DNA of 32,000 bases from Neisseria sicca 4320 (GCF_000193735.1 NZ_AEPF01000080.1:1-32000); one strand, 5' to 3'. Positions 23,575-32,000 are shown, counted from the first letter of the stretch. The notes: generated from the sequence alone by a model not told the origin. A program made the numbers and translations.

Positions 23575-25329
23575 TCAGCTTATCCAGGAGAGCGGGTTCA
23601 TTGCCTGCCCGTTGTAGCGGACTTCCAAATACAGGCCCTCCATGTCCGAAGGCAGGGTTCCGCTGATACCCAGGCGGCTGCCTGCGGCTACGGCGTAGCC
23701 TTTGGCGACTTCGATTTCGCTCAAACCCGAATAAATGCTGACATAGCCGTCGCCGTGATCGATGACGATGACTTTGCCGAAACCTTCCAATTCATCGGCA
23801 TAGGTAACCGTACCGGCGGCGATGCCGCTGACGGTTGCCGGAGTCGTTTGGTAGAACACGCCTTTCCAAACTTCACCGTCGCCGCGGTCTTGTCCGAAGA
23901 GTCCGGCAAGCGTACCGCTGACCGGTTTTTTCAGACGACCCTGCATACGGCTGAAGCTGTTGGCATTGCTGATGCTGACGTAGGACGGCGCACGGATACT
24001 CATGTCTTCTGCGGTCAGGTTGGACATGGCGGCGCGTTCATCGGCGGCTTTTTGCGCGGCGGCGGCTCGGTCTTGGCGCGCTTTTTCGGCGGCGGCAAGA
24101 CGGGCTTCGGCGGCTTTTTTGCGCGCTTCGGCTTCTTGGCGGCGTTGCTCGGCTTTACGCTTATCCAAGTCTTTCAACAGATTGTTCAGGCGTTGTTCGT
24201 TTTCTTTGTGGTTGATTTTTTTCTGCGCCTCTTTTGCCATTTGCGCATTTTGGCGGCGGCTTTCCGCTTGTTCGGCGGTATTGGTTATGCCGTGTCGGCG
24301 CAGCGAGGATTGGACGTTTACCTGAAGTTTTTTCAGGTATGCCAGCTCGTTGTTGATTTTTTGCTCTTGCGCTGCCAGCTCTTTTTGCTGCTTCTCAAGG
24401 TCTTTGATGACTTGCTCGTTGGCAGTGTTGATATAGCGGGTGTAACGCAGGAAGCGGGTTTTCTGACCCGGCTCGGCATTTTTCAGGAACAGGGCAACGG
24501 CGTTGGGCTGGCTGTTTTTATAATTGCCCGAAACAAAGCGGGAAATTTGCGCGCGCGTGTTGGAAACCTGAGTTTTCAGGTGGTTCAAATCCGCATTGAG
24601 CTTTTGAAATTTGTCCCATGCGTCGCGCTGCTGACGGTTGATGGCGGACAGGTTGATACGGCTTTGCTGCAACTGTTTCAACGTGGTGTTGACGTGAATG
24701 ATGAAACCTTCGTTGCGGCTGCGCAGCGATTTTTTGCCTTCCAAATCATTGGCGGCGGCGGTTACCGCGGATTTGAAGTCGTCTGAATCGGCGGCAGCGG
24801 TTTTCTTATCGGCTTTGTCCGCTTTTTTCTCGACGGCTTTTCTGTCTTGTTTTGCCGCTGCTTCTTCTTTTTTAGGCAACTCGGCAGCTTCTTTTTTTGC
24901 CTTTGCATTATTTTTGGCTGCGGGTTTGTCTGCAGCTTTGTCCTTGCCTTTTTCAGGCTCGGTTTTTGCGGGAACGGCTTTGCCTGCCTTCTCTTCCGCT
25001 TTGACTTCGCCTTTTTTGGTTCTGTCGGCTTTATCTTGTTTTTTGGCTTCGTTGCCATTTTTGCGTTCTTTGGCAAGCTCGTTTTTCGCCGCTTCGGCAG
25101 TTTCCTTTTTGCTTTTGGCTACCGGCTTGTCGTCTGCCTTGTCCCTAGCGTTTTTGGCGGCAGGCTTTGCTTTGTCTTTGGCTGATTCTTTTTTAGCAGG
25201 TTCGGCGTCTTTTTTGTCTTTGACGCTTTTTTTGACGGGCGCAGCCTTCTCTTTGGGCGCGTCTTTGGCGGCGAAAGAAGGCGAGGCGAAACCGATGAGC
25301 AGGGCGATTAAAAGAGGTTTGTAACGCAT
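23575..25329 (-). CDS. EnvC-like murein hydrolase activator / M23 (LytM) peptidase-domain protein with a long Lys/Ala-rich N-terminal extension
   Basis: Signal peptide, a ~170-aa K/A/E/D low-complexity region, coiled-coil segments, and a C-terminal LytM domain (GKVIVIDHGDGYVSIYSGL...LYLEVRYNGQAMNP). It is adjacent to ctpA, as in many proteobacteria. Confidence 0.8.
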   Translation of the reverse strand: MRYKPLLIALLIGFASPSFAAKDAPKEKAAPVKKSVKDKKDAEPAKKESAKDKAKPAAKNARDKADDKPVAKSKKETAEAAKNELAKERKNGNEAKKQDKADRTKKGEVKAEEKAGKAVPAKTEPEKGKDKAADKPAAKNNAKAKKEAAELPKKEEAAAKQDRKAVEKKADKADKKTAAADSDDFKSAVTAAANDLEGKKSLRSRNEGFIIHVNTTLKQLQQSRINLSAINRQQRDAWDKFQKLNADLNHLKTQVSNTRAQISRFVSGNYKNSQPNAVALFLKNAEPGQKTRFLRYTRYINTANEQVIKDLEKQQKELAAQEQKINNELAYLKKLQVNVQSSLRRHGITNTAEQAESRRQNAQMAKEAQKKINHKENEQRLNNLLKDLDKRKAEQRRQEAEARKKAAEARLAAAEKARQDRAAAAQKAADERAAMSNLTAEDMSIRAPSYVSISNANSFSRMQGRLKKPVSGTLAGLFGQDRGDGEVWKGVFYQTTPATVSGIAAGTVTYADELEGFGKVIVIDHGDGYVSIYSGLSEIEVAKGYAVAAGSRLGISGTLPSDMEGLYLEVRYNGQAMNPLSWIS

Positions 25330-25524
25330 GATTGGTTCTGGATCGTTAAAATAAAGGCAATAGGCGGAATTATATAGTCAGCGGGGTCGTCTGAAAATAA
25401 CATCTGCCGATATTTGTTCAGACAATACTTTCCTCTGCGCTTGCAATCTGAACAAGCGGTCTTATATAGTAGGAGCTACGGTGTTAGCTTCTTTATTTTC
25501 AACCCTCAAAGGTTTCTTATTTAC

Positions 25525-26073
25525 ATGAAAAAAATCATTCTGCCTGCGCTTTGCGCCCTGTTTCTTGCTTCCTGCGGTAACGATACCGACAAAATCGGAC
25601 GTGCCAGCACGGTTTTTAATGTTTTGGGGAAAAATGACCGTATTGAAGTCGAGGGTTTTGACGATCCTGATGTGCAAGGGGTTGCCTGTTATATTTCTTA
25701 TGCGAAAAAAGGCGGTTTGAAAGAGACGGTGAACTTGGAGGAAGACGCAAGCGATGCCTCCGTGTCGTGCGTACAGACGGCTGATGTTATCCGTTATAAC
25801 GAGCAAGCTGTCGCTAAGCCGCGGGAAGTGTTTAAACGCAGTGCAAGTTTGGTATTCAAAAGCCAGCAGATTGTCCGTTATTACGATCCTAAACGTAAGG
25901 CGTTTGCGTATCTGATTTACAGCGACAAAGTTGTTCAGGGTTCGCCGAAGAACTCTTTGAGCGCGGTGTCTTGCTTTGGCGGTGCTAAAGCGGATGCGCA
26001 GCAAATTGCCGGTGCGGAAGGCAAACAGATTTACGGTGCGTGCGTCGTGGATGCGCCTGTGCCGACCAAATAA
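25525..26073 (+). CDS. creA: CreA-family lipoprotein/periplasmic protein
   Basis: The lipobox is LFLASC|GN. FDDPDVQGVACYISYAKKGG is CreA-like. I chose the start at ATG 25525 rather than the tracked 25414. Confidence 0.7.
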   Translation: MKKIILPALCALFLASCGNDTDKIGRASTVFNVLGKNDRIEVEGFDDPDVQGVACYISYAKKGGLKETVNLEEDASDASVSCVQTADVIRYNEQAVAKPREVFKRSASLVFKSQQIVRYYDPKRKAFAYLIYSDKVVQGSPKNSLSAVSCFGGAKADAQQIAGAEGKQIYGACVVDAPVPTK

Positions 26074-26085
26074 AAGACAAGCGAT

Positions 26086-26634
26086 ATGAACCTAACCGAC
26101 CATTTCTTGATTGCCATGCCCGATATGGATGATCCGTTTTTTGAAAATTCGGTAATTTATGTGTGCGAACACAACGAAGAGGGCGCGTTGGGCATCATCA
26201 TCAACAAACCGTCGCCGATTACGATGGATATGATTTTTGCGGCGTCTGACCGCAACATCCCTTTGCGGATGCAGCACGAACACGTCATGATGGGCGGGCC
26301 GGTACAGATTGACCGCGGCTATGTCGTGCATACGCCCGTGGGCAACTGGCAAAACAGTATGATTGTTTCAGACGACATCGCGCTGACGTCTTCGCGCGAT
26401 GTGATTGAAAACTTATCGCGTCAGGGCGCGGTGGATAAGATTTTAATCAGCATAGGCTATTCGAGCTGGAGCAAAGGGCAGCTTGAACGCGAGCTGGCGG
26501 ACAATGTCTGGCTGACGGTTAAGGCGGACGAGCATATTTTGTTCGACCTGCCTTATGAACACCGCTACGCCGCCGCGTTTGCCAAACTGGGCATCCAGCC
26601 CGATGCGCTTGTCTGTGGAGCCGGTCATGCATAA
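26086..26634 (+). CDS. yqgE: YqgE/AlgH-family protein (UPF0301)
   Basis: [40 protein letters not shown]...GGPV...[13 protein letters not shown]. Confidence 0.9.
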   Translation: MNLTDHFLIAMPDMDDPFFENSVIYVCEHNEEGALGIIINKPSPITMDMIFAASDRNIPLRMQHEHVMMGGPVQIDRGYVVHTPVGNWQNSMIVSDDIALTSSRDVIENLSRQGAVDKILISIGYSSWSKGQLERELADNVWLTVKADEHILFDLPYEHRYAAAFAKLGIQPDALVCGAGHA

Positions 26635-27103
26635 AGCACCGGCAGGGACGGTTTTGGCGTTTGATTTCGGCGAGGCGCGTATCGGCGTGGCGCAGGGCGA
26701 TGCGGAGCTTGGCTTGTCGCATCCTTTGGCGACGGTTACCGGCAACAGCAACGATGAGAAATTCAACGCCATCGCCAAGCTGATACGGGAATGGCAGCCC
26801 AAACATCTGGTCGTCGGGCTTCCGACCCACGCCGACGGCACGGAACACGAGTTGACCCGCCTCAGCCGCAAATTCGGCCGCCGCCTGCACGGGCGTTTTA
26901 ACCTGCCCATATATTGGGTGGATGAACGGATGTCTTCGCTATACGCCGAAAGCCTGCTTGCCGAAGCGCAGGTATTCGGGCGCAAGCAAAAGGCGGTACT
27001 CGACCAAGTGGCGGCGCAAGCGATTTTGCAGGGCTTTTTCGATGGCGGTGCGGCGGAGTATTTCAACGGCAGGGAAGAAGGTTCGGAAGAATCATCCGAT
27101 TGA
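26627..27103 (+). CDS. ruvX: Holliday junction resolvase-like protein RuvX/YqgF
   Basis: [17 protein letters not shown]...[11 protein letters not shown]...DERMSS. The ATG overlaps the yqgE stop codon (ATGCATAA). Confidence 0.9.
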   Translation: MHKAPAGTVLAFDFGEARIGVAQGDAELGLSHPLATVTGNSNDEKFNAIAKLIREWQPKHLVVGLPTHADGTEHELTRLSRKFGRRLHGRFNLPIYWVDERMSSLYAESLLAEAQVFGRKQKAVLDQVAAQAILQGFFDGGAAEYFNGREEGSEESSD

Positions 27104-27130
27104 GAGAGTTTGAAAAAATTTTGAGAAAAA

Positions 27131-27189
27131 AGGTCGTCTGAAAGCTGTATTGACGGGGTTGAATCCGTTAACAGGCTTTCAGACGACCT
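27131..27189. terminator. inverted DUS pair between convergent ruvX and the OMP gene; bidirectional terminator
   Basis: AGGTCGTCTGAA (27131-27142) pairs with TTCAGACGACCT (27178-27189), with flanking A and T runs. Confidence 0.6.
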
Positions 27190-27196
27190 TTTTGCA

Positions 27197-28165
27197 TCAG
27201 AACAAGGCTTCAATCCTTAACAGCGCGCCGACGCGGTGTTTTTGGTTTTCTTTGCGGTTGTTGTAGTAGTTGACCTCAGTTTGGGTAAACAGCCAGTTGC
27301 GCCAAATCGGCTGGCGGTAGGTGGTAAACGGGCCGTAGGTATTGAGGGCGGCTTTGCGTTTTTCGATATTGCCGCCGGTATATACACCGTAGTTGACGTG
27401 GCGGTGTTTGCCGAGATTGTGTTGGCGGAAGAGGCTGTTGCCCCATGTCCAGTCTTCGGTTTTATCGTGTTCGTATTGCAGGTGTGCCTGATTGGCGATA
27501 AAGCTTTTTTCGTTGGGGATGTAACGCGTTTCCCAGTTGGTACGGACATGGTGTTTGCTCTTGATGCCGTAACGGTAGATTTGTTCCAAGCTGGTGTCGA
27601 TGTTGTCGGTCAGTTGCCAATTGCTCGAGCTTTTGGCGCGGGCGAACAGGTCGCTGCCGGAGCGGATACCGATATCGAAGTCGGTATCGGTGTGCTGTTT
27701 TGCGAATGCTTCAGACCAGCGTACGGCAATGGAAGCATTTTTGTCGCGGCTTTGGGATGCATCGAATATCCTGCCGTTGGTATTGGTACGGTTGCGGTAG
27801 GCGTTGGCTTCGTGTTTCAACTCGTCGTCCAAAGAGTCGTCACCGAAAATCACATGGACTTTTTTCTCTAAGGTCGGCAGTTTCAGACGACCCCGTACGC
27901 GCGGCGTCACGGTAAACTTGTCGTCAGGGTTCCATTCGGTATCAAGCATAAGGCGCAGGTTAGCGTCGGCAGGATGGTCGGGATTTGGTTCGCCAAACCA
28001 GTCGTCGATGCGGTTGGACCATTTGTCCAAGCGTTTGGAAACTCCTTTGTGGCGGTGGTCCAACCAAGTGTCGCCGTCGGCGGGCGGTTCGTCGTTCGCT
28101 GCAGCCATCGTCGGGAAGAGGATAAGCAGGGTGAGTAGGGATAAGGTAGGGGTTCGGATAGTCAT
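27197..28165 (-). CDS. predicted outer-membrane beta-barrel protein (family not recognised)
   Basis: The signal peptide ends in MAAA|ND. Alternating aromatic/hydrophilic strands run throughout, and the C-terminal strand LLRIEALF ends in Phe. Confidence 0.5.
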   Translation of the reverse strand: MTIRTPTLSLLTLLILFPTMAAANDEPPADGDTWLDHRHKGVSKRLDKWSNRIDDWFGEPNPDHPADANLRLMLDTEWNPDDKFTVTPRVRGRLKLPTLEKKVHVIFGDDSLDDELKHEANAYRNRTNTNGRIFDASQSRDKNASIAVRWSEAFAKQHTDTDFDIGIRSGSDLFARAKSSSNWQLTDNIDTSLEQIYRYGIKSKHHVRTNWETRYIPNEKSFIANQAHLQYEHDKTEDWTWGNSLFRQHNLGKHRHVNYGVYTGGNIEKRKAALNTYGPFTTYRQPIWRNWLFTQTEVNYYNNRKENQKHRVGALLRIEALF

Positions 28166-28330
28166 TGTTTTTCCTAGCTTAAAGCATAAAGCTATTATGG
28201 ACGGTATCTTAGGGGTAATGCAAGTCGTCTGAAAAAGGCTGTGATAAAATCTTGCGCGCCCGGTTTACCGCCGTTCTGTTGCGCAGAAAAGCAGTCAAGC
28301 GGGCGCATACCAATACATAAGGAAAACCGA

Positions 28331-29314
28331 ATGAGTATTTTGTCGAAAATTTTTGGGAACAAGCCGTCCGACGAAACGGCACAAGAGCCGCGCAAACTTT
28401 CCGCGCAGGAAAAAAGCGAGGGCGCGGCGCGGGCGATTTATGCAAAAGATAAAGTGTATGTGCCGCTGTCTGCCATGCAGGCGGATGTATCGGAAGGGAC
28501 GAGCATCCCTTACATAGGTCGTCTGAAAGACGGACGGACGGTTTTGTATCTGTTTGACACCTATGAAGCCGCGCGGACTTTTTCAGACGGGCAGGACGGC
28601 GCTTTAGACGGCATCGGCTTGGTCGGTGCGTTGGATAAAGCGGACCAGTTCAATAATTTGAGTAATGTCCTGCGTGTCGCGCACTCGTTGGGCATTCAAC
28701 TGATGGAATACAGAGGGCAGGACGGCGAGCATTTTGAATGCGCGCTTTCTTGGTTGATGCGTGTGAATGGCGCGGGCAGCATGGCGGCTTCCAGAGAGAA
28801 GATGGATGCTTTGTCCTTCGGCACCGATGCCAAGCTGCCGCTGCAATTTCACCCGATAGACATCATCGGTTTTTCCAATCCCTATAAAGTCACACCGGCG
28901 CGGGCGGAAGAATTGTTCAAGCAGTTCACGAATGTCGAAGATGACGAATTGCTGGACTTTTTTGCCGGCAACACGCCGCAGGAGAATGTGTTGCTGATCG
29001 GGCTGGTGGAAAAATATTCGGCGGATTTGGCGAAATCCGTGAAATATATCGTTTGGAACCAATTGGCGGAGCAGCCGCTTTTTGTCGGGATAAACCGCAA
29101 AGACGGCGGGTTTTACGCGCGGGACGGTTATTTATACCTCTTTTACACCGACCGTTTCCAACACATGGGTCCTGCCGGCTGCCATCCCGTTTCCGGCAAG
29201 GAAGCCGTGTTGGACTTGGTTCGCCGCTACGAACTGAAAGGCATCGCCCTGACCGACGGGTTGCACAATATGGCGCGGTTTGAAAACGACGTGATTTTCC
29301 AAAACGGGGAATAG
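28331..29314 (+). CDS. hypothetical cytoplasmic protein with two SseB-like-looking halves (low certainty)
   Basis: AGGA lies 8 nt upstream of ATG 28331. The protein has two similar modules (VYVPL...LYLFDTYEAARTF and PLFVGI...LYLFYTDRFQHMG). No motif identified it securely. Confidence 0.45.
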   Translation: MSILSKIFGNKPSDETAQEPRKLSAQEKSEGAARAIYAKDKVYVPLSAMQADVSEGTSIPYIGRLKDGRTVLYLFDTYEAARTFSDGQDGALDGIGLVGALDKADQFNNLSNVLRVAHSLGIQLMEYRGQDGEHFECALSWLMRVNGAGSMAASREKMDALSFGTDAKLPLQFHPIDIIGFSNPYKVTPARAEELFKQFTNVEDDELLDFFAGNTPQENVLLIGLVEKYSADLAKSVKYIVWNQLAEQPLFVGINRKDGGFYARDGYLYLFYTDRFQHMGPAGCHPVSGKEAVLDLVRRYELKGIALTDGLHNMARFENDVIFQNGE

Positions 29315-29506
29315 CCGAAACCTTCCTGCCTCGGCTTGAAATAAAAGGGGCCTTGGATTCGGATTTCAAGTGCAACACAGGCTTTCAGACGACCTTTTTT
29401 GTTTTCGCGTCAATTCCCTAAGTCGGGTTTAATTAAGTTAAACCGCAAATTGAACGACGGAATTTTGTTACACTCGGCATTTTACACTTCACACAAAGGA
29501 AACATC

Positions 29507-29929
29507 ATGGCATTAATGGACAGCCTGCTGAACGCGGCAGCACAAGCACTGGGCAATAAAGACAGCGGTTCCACCCAAAATTCTTTGATCGATATGGCAA
29601 TGGATTTGGTACAGCGGCAAGGCGGTGTGAGTAGTTTGATCAATCAATTACAACAAGGCGGATTAGGCGACGTATTGAACAGCTGGGTTTCCAACCAACA
29701 AGACAACGCGCCCATATCCGGCAGCGATTTGCAAAACGCGCTGGGCAGCGACACCATCGGCCAAGTGGCGCAAAAGTTCGGCATTGATGCCAACCAGGCG
29801 GGCGACCTGCTGGCGCAAGTCCTGCCCAACCTCGTCGATAAAGCCACACCCAACGGCTCGGCACAAGAAGCCGACGGTTTCGGTCTGGACGACATTGCCT
29901 CCGCCATACTGAAAAACTTCACCAAATAA
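29507..29929 (+). CDS. YidB-family protein (DUF937)
   Basis: LVQRQGGVSSLINQLQQGGLGDVLNSWVSNQQDNAPISGSDLQNALGSD...LLAQVLPNLVDKATPNG. AAAGGA lies upstream of ATG 29507. Confidence 0.7.
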   Translation: MALMDSLLNAAAQALGNKDSGSTQNSLIDMAMDLVQRQGGVSSLINQLQQGGLGDVLNSWVSNQQDNAPISGSDLQNALGSDTIGQVAQKFGIDANQAGDLLAQVLPNLVDKATPNGSAQEADGFGLDDIASAILKNFTK

Positions 29930-29947
29930 GCGGCACTTTAAACAAAA

Positions 29948-29979
29948 AGGTCGTCTGAAAATATTCTTTCAGACGACCT
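29948..29979. terminator. inverted DUS pair between convergent yidB-like and nudF genes
   Basis: AAAAAGGTCGTCTGAAAATATTCTTTCAGACGACCTTTTT. Confidence 0.7.
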
Positions 29980-29997
29980 TTTTACATTCTTTTCACA

Positions 29998-30531
29998 TCA
30001 ATCCTGCATCAGCCAATATTGCAACCCGATTAAGGTTTTGCCGTCTTTGATTTCGTTGTGTTCCAAAGCGATGCGGACTTCTTCCTTGCTCATCAGGACG
30101 GTTTCGGTGATTTCGTCTTCGTCGTTGCTCAAGGTGCTGCCGAGGCGCACGCCTTCTGCTTGGTAGAGGTACATTTTTTCGTCGCAGAAGCCGATGGCGG
30201 TGTAGAAGCTGCTGATGAGTTTGACGCTGTCGGCAGTGTACGGGGTTTCTTCCGCCAATTCGCGTAAGGCGCATTCGGCTGGGTCTTCGCCTGCATCAAG
30301 TTTGCCGGCGGGCAGCTCGATCGTGGCGATGCCTGCGGCGTAACGCCATTGGCGCACGAGTACGACTTTGCCCTCTTCGGTAATCGCCAAAACGCAGGCG
30401 GCGCCGGGATGGCTGATGACGATGCGCTGGCTTTCATTGCCGTTGGGCAGGCGGACTTTGTCGCGGTTGATGCTGACGAATGAACCTTGATAAATCGATT
30501 CGCTGCTGAGTTTGGTTTCTTTCAAATCCAT
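29998..30531 (-). CDS. nudF: ADP-ribose pyrophosphatase-type Nudix hydrolase
   Basis: The Nudix box is GKLDAGEDPAECALRELAEETPY, within an N-terminal beta-region typical of ADPRases. Confidence 0.75.
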   Translation of the reverse strand: MDLKETKLSSESIYQGSFVSINRDKVRLPNGNESQRIVISHPGAACVLAITEEGKVVLVRQWRYAAGIATIELPAGKLDAGEDPAECALRELAEETPYTADSVKLISSFYTAIGFCDEKMYLYQAEGVRLGSTLSNDEDEITETVLMSKEEVRIALEHNEIKDGKTLIGLQYWLMQD

Positions 30532-30561
30532 TTGCGTGCTTTCTTTATAAAGTGTGGTACG

Positions 30562-30648
30562 GGGTCGTCTGAAAATCGGGAATGGGTTTCAGACGACCTT
30601 TGGTGTCAAGAAGGTCGTCTGAAACGAGCGAAGCGGGTTTCGCCAAAA
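30562..30648. repeat. inverted DUS pair, followed by a third DUS fused to one 23-bp-family unit
   Basis: GGGTCGTCTGAA (30562) pairs with TTCAGACGACCT (30588). Then AGGTCGTCTGAA (30612) is followed by ACGAGCGAAGCGGGTTTCGCCAAAACGA. Confidence 0.8.
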
Positions 30649-30663
30649 CGATTTGTGTCGTTT

Positions 30664-31014
30664 TTAAACTTTGCTGCGTTCGATTTCGATACCGACTTCT
30701 TTGACATCGGGCAAGATGCCGGGTTTGATGATTCTGACGCGCACGTTCAGCGCGCCGAAATTGTCGAGAATCAGCTTGGCGATGTGTTCCGCCAATGATT
30801 CGAGCAAGAGGAAGCTTTGTTCGGCAAGGCTCGCCCTGACGGCTTCGCAGACTTCGCCGTAGTGGACGGTATTGCCGATGTGGTCATCCTGACCGCTTTG
30901 TTCGGGGATGCCGATGTCCAAGTCCAAAATCAGGGTTTGGGGGCGTTCGCGTTCCCAGTCGTACACGCCGATCAGGGTGTCCGCCTTCATGCCGCGTAAA
31001 AAGATTTTGTCCAT
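30664..31014 (-). CDS. folB: dihydroneopterin aldolase
   Basis: MDKIFLRGMKADTLIGVYDWERERPQTLILDLD...VHYGEV...IIKPG. The start at 31014 is M18 of the tracked ORF. Confidence 0.85.
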   Translation of the reverse strand: MDKIFLRGMKADTLIGVYDWERERPQTLILDLDIGIPEQSGQDDHIGNTVHYGEVCEAVRASLAEQSFLLLESLAEHIAKLILDNFGALNVRVRIIKPGILPDVKEVGIEIERSKV

Positions 31015-31070
31015 TTGTCTGCCTGTTTTTTTGATAAAATGAGCGTCCCATTTTAAGTAAAGCATCTGAA

Positions 31071-31682
31071 ATGTTCAATGTATCCGCCGTTATCGCGGCT
31101 TATTTAATCGGTTCGTTGTCGTTTGCCGTTATTGTTTCCAAATATTACGGCATGGACGATCCGCGCACTTACGGCTCGGGCAACCCCGGCGCGACCAATG
31201 TTTTGCGCAGCGGCAAGAAAAAAGCGGCGGCGCTGACTTTGCTGGGCGACGCGCTCAAAGGCTTGGTGGCGGTGGTTTTGGCACGCTGCCTGCAAGATGC
31301 TTTGAATCTGTCGGACATCACCATAGCAGCGGTTGCCGTCGCCGCATTGGTCGGACATATGTGGCCGCTGTTTTTCGGCTTTAAAGGCGGTAAGGGCGTG
31401 GCGACTGCGTTGGGCGTATTGCTGGCGCTTTCTCCCGCAACGGCTTTGGTTTGCGCGGCGATTTGGCTGGTCATGGCGTTCGGATTTAAAGTGTCCTCGC
31501 TTGCCGCACTCGTCGCCACCGTAGCCGCGCCGCTCGTCGCCTTCTGGCTGATGCCCTACCCTTCTTGGGCTTGGGCGACCGTCGTCATCGCCGTGCTGGT
31601 GTTGTACCGCCATAAAAGCAATATCCAAAACCTGCTTCAAGGCAAAGAAGGCAAAATCGGAGACAAGGCGGACAAACCTTAA
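31071..31682 (+). CDS. plsY: glycerol-3-phosphate acyltransferase PlsY
   Basis: GSLSFAVIVSK...GSGNPGATNVLRSGKK...GFKGGKGVAT...YRHKSNIQNLLQGKE. Confidence 0.95.
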   Translation: MFNVSAVIAAYLIGSLSFAVIVSKYYGMDDPRTYGSGNPGATNVLRSGKKKAAALTLLGDALKGLVAVVLARCLQDALNLSDITIAAVAVAALVGHMWPLFFGFKGGKGVATALGVLLALSPATALVCAAIWLVMAFGFKVSSLAALVATVAAPLVAFWLMPYPSWAWATVVIAVLVLYRHKSNIQNLLQGKEGKIGDKADKP

Positions 31683-31724
31683 ACCTGATTTTATTTTTCA
31701 GACGACCTGTGCGATTGCGGAATG

Positions 31725-31831
31725 TATAGTGGATTAAATTTAAATCAGGACAAGGCGACGAAGCCGCAGACAGTACAAATAGTACGGCAAGGCGAGGCAA
31801 CGCCGTACTGGTTTAAATTTAATCCACTATA
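31725..31831. mobile_element. Correia repeat-enclosed element (short ~107-bp form)
   Basis: The terminal inverted repeats are TATAGTGGATTAAATTTAAATCAGGACAAGGCGA... and ...GGTTTAAATTTAATCCACTATA. Confidence 0.9.
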
Positions 31832-31950
31832 AAAAGGTCGTCTGAAAACCTTTCAATCTACGCTGCGGCATTACCTTAACCTGCCGCGCGGTATCAAAAA
31901 CCGATTTAATCCATTATAATCAAGCTCTTTTGTTTCACAACCAAACCTCC

Positions 31951-32000
31951 ATGCCGAAACGCCCGCTCAAAACCGTCCTGACCGCCTTTACTTTGGCCGC
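31951..32000 (+). CDS. 5' end of an unidentified CDS running off the window (MPKRPLKTVLTAFTLA...)
   Basis: An ATG followed by a signal-peptide-like start. Only 16 codons are visible. Confidence 0.25.
   Translation, partial: MPKRPLKTVLTAFTLA

Noticed and set aside
23755-25324. ORFs 23755..24786, 24002..24325, 24698..25324 and 24847..25185 (+), and 24762..25076 (-), overlapping the EnvC-like gene
   Set aside because: They are artefacts of the low-complexity, stop-poor K/A-rich region. Only the sense frame has a signal peptide, coiled coil and LytM domain.

Overview
Neisseria chromosome. I located about 43 exact copies of the DNA-uptake-sequence core GTCGTCTGAA or its complement by eye. These are usually AGGTCGTCTGAA, the 'mucDUS' dialect I associate with the N. 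mucosa/N. sicca group. A Correia element is also present. The window has two parts. (A) 1 to ~9000 is accessory-looking DNA. It holds the 3' half of an Nf/MDA-type filamentous prophage: an AT-rich cargo ORF, a pIII/TspB-like adsorption gene split by one in-frame TAG, a pVI-like gene, a Zot/pI ATPase, a highly structured 305-bp non-coding region and an IS110/Piv-family recombinase. Three AT-flanked, DUS-poor genes follow: a nicotinamidase-fold protein that seems to lack the catalytic Lys and Cys; a 653-aa fusion of a PycTM/DUF5706-like membrane module with a beta-propeller-like domain; and a small PepSY protein. The 653-aa orphan effector-like protein is my best candidate for something undescribed. 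(B) ~9000 to 32000 is DUS-dense core genome, mostly on the minus strand: tatCBA, HIT, hisE, hisI, hisF, a membrane protein, hisA, hisH, lctP, guaA, smpB, radA, ctpA, an EnvC-like gene, then creA, yqgE, ruvX, an OMP, two hypotheticals, nudF, folB and plsY. Most intergenic spacers carry inverted DUS pairs that act as terminator hairpins. Six spacers, five of them in the his cluster, carry a ~23-bp repeat family directly fused to a DUS. I saw no rRNA, tRNA, tmRNA or CRISPR array. All domain calls come from reading the translations and remembered family signatures, not from searches.
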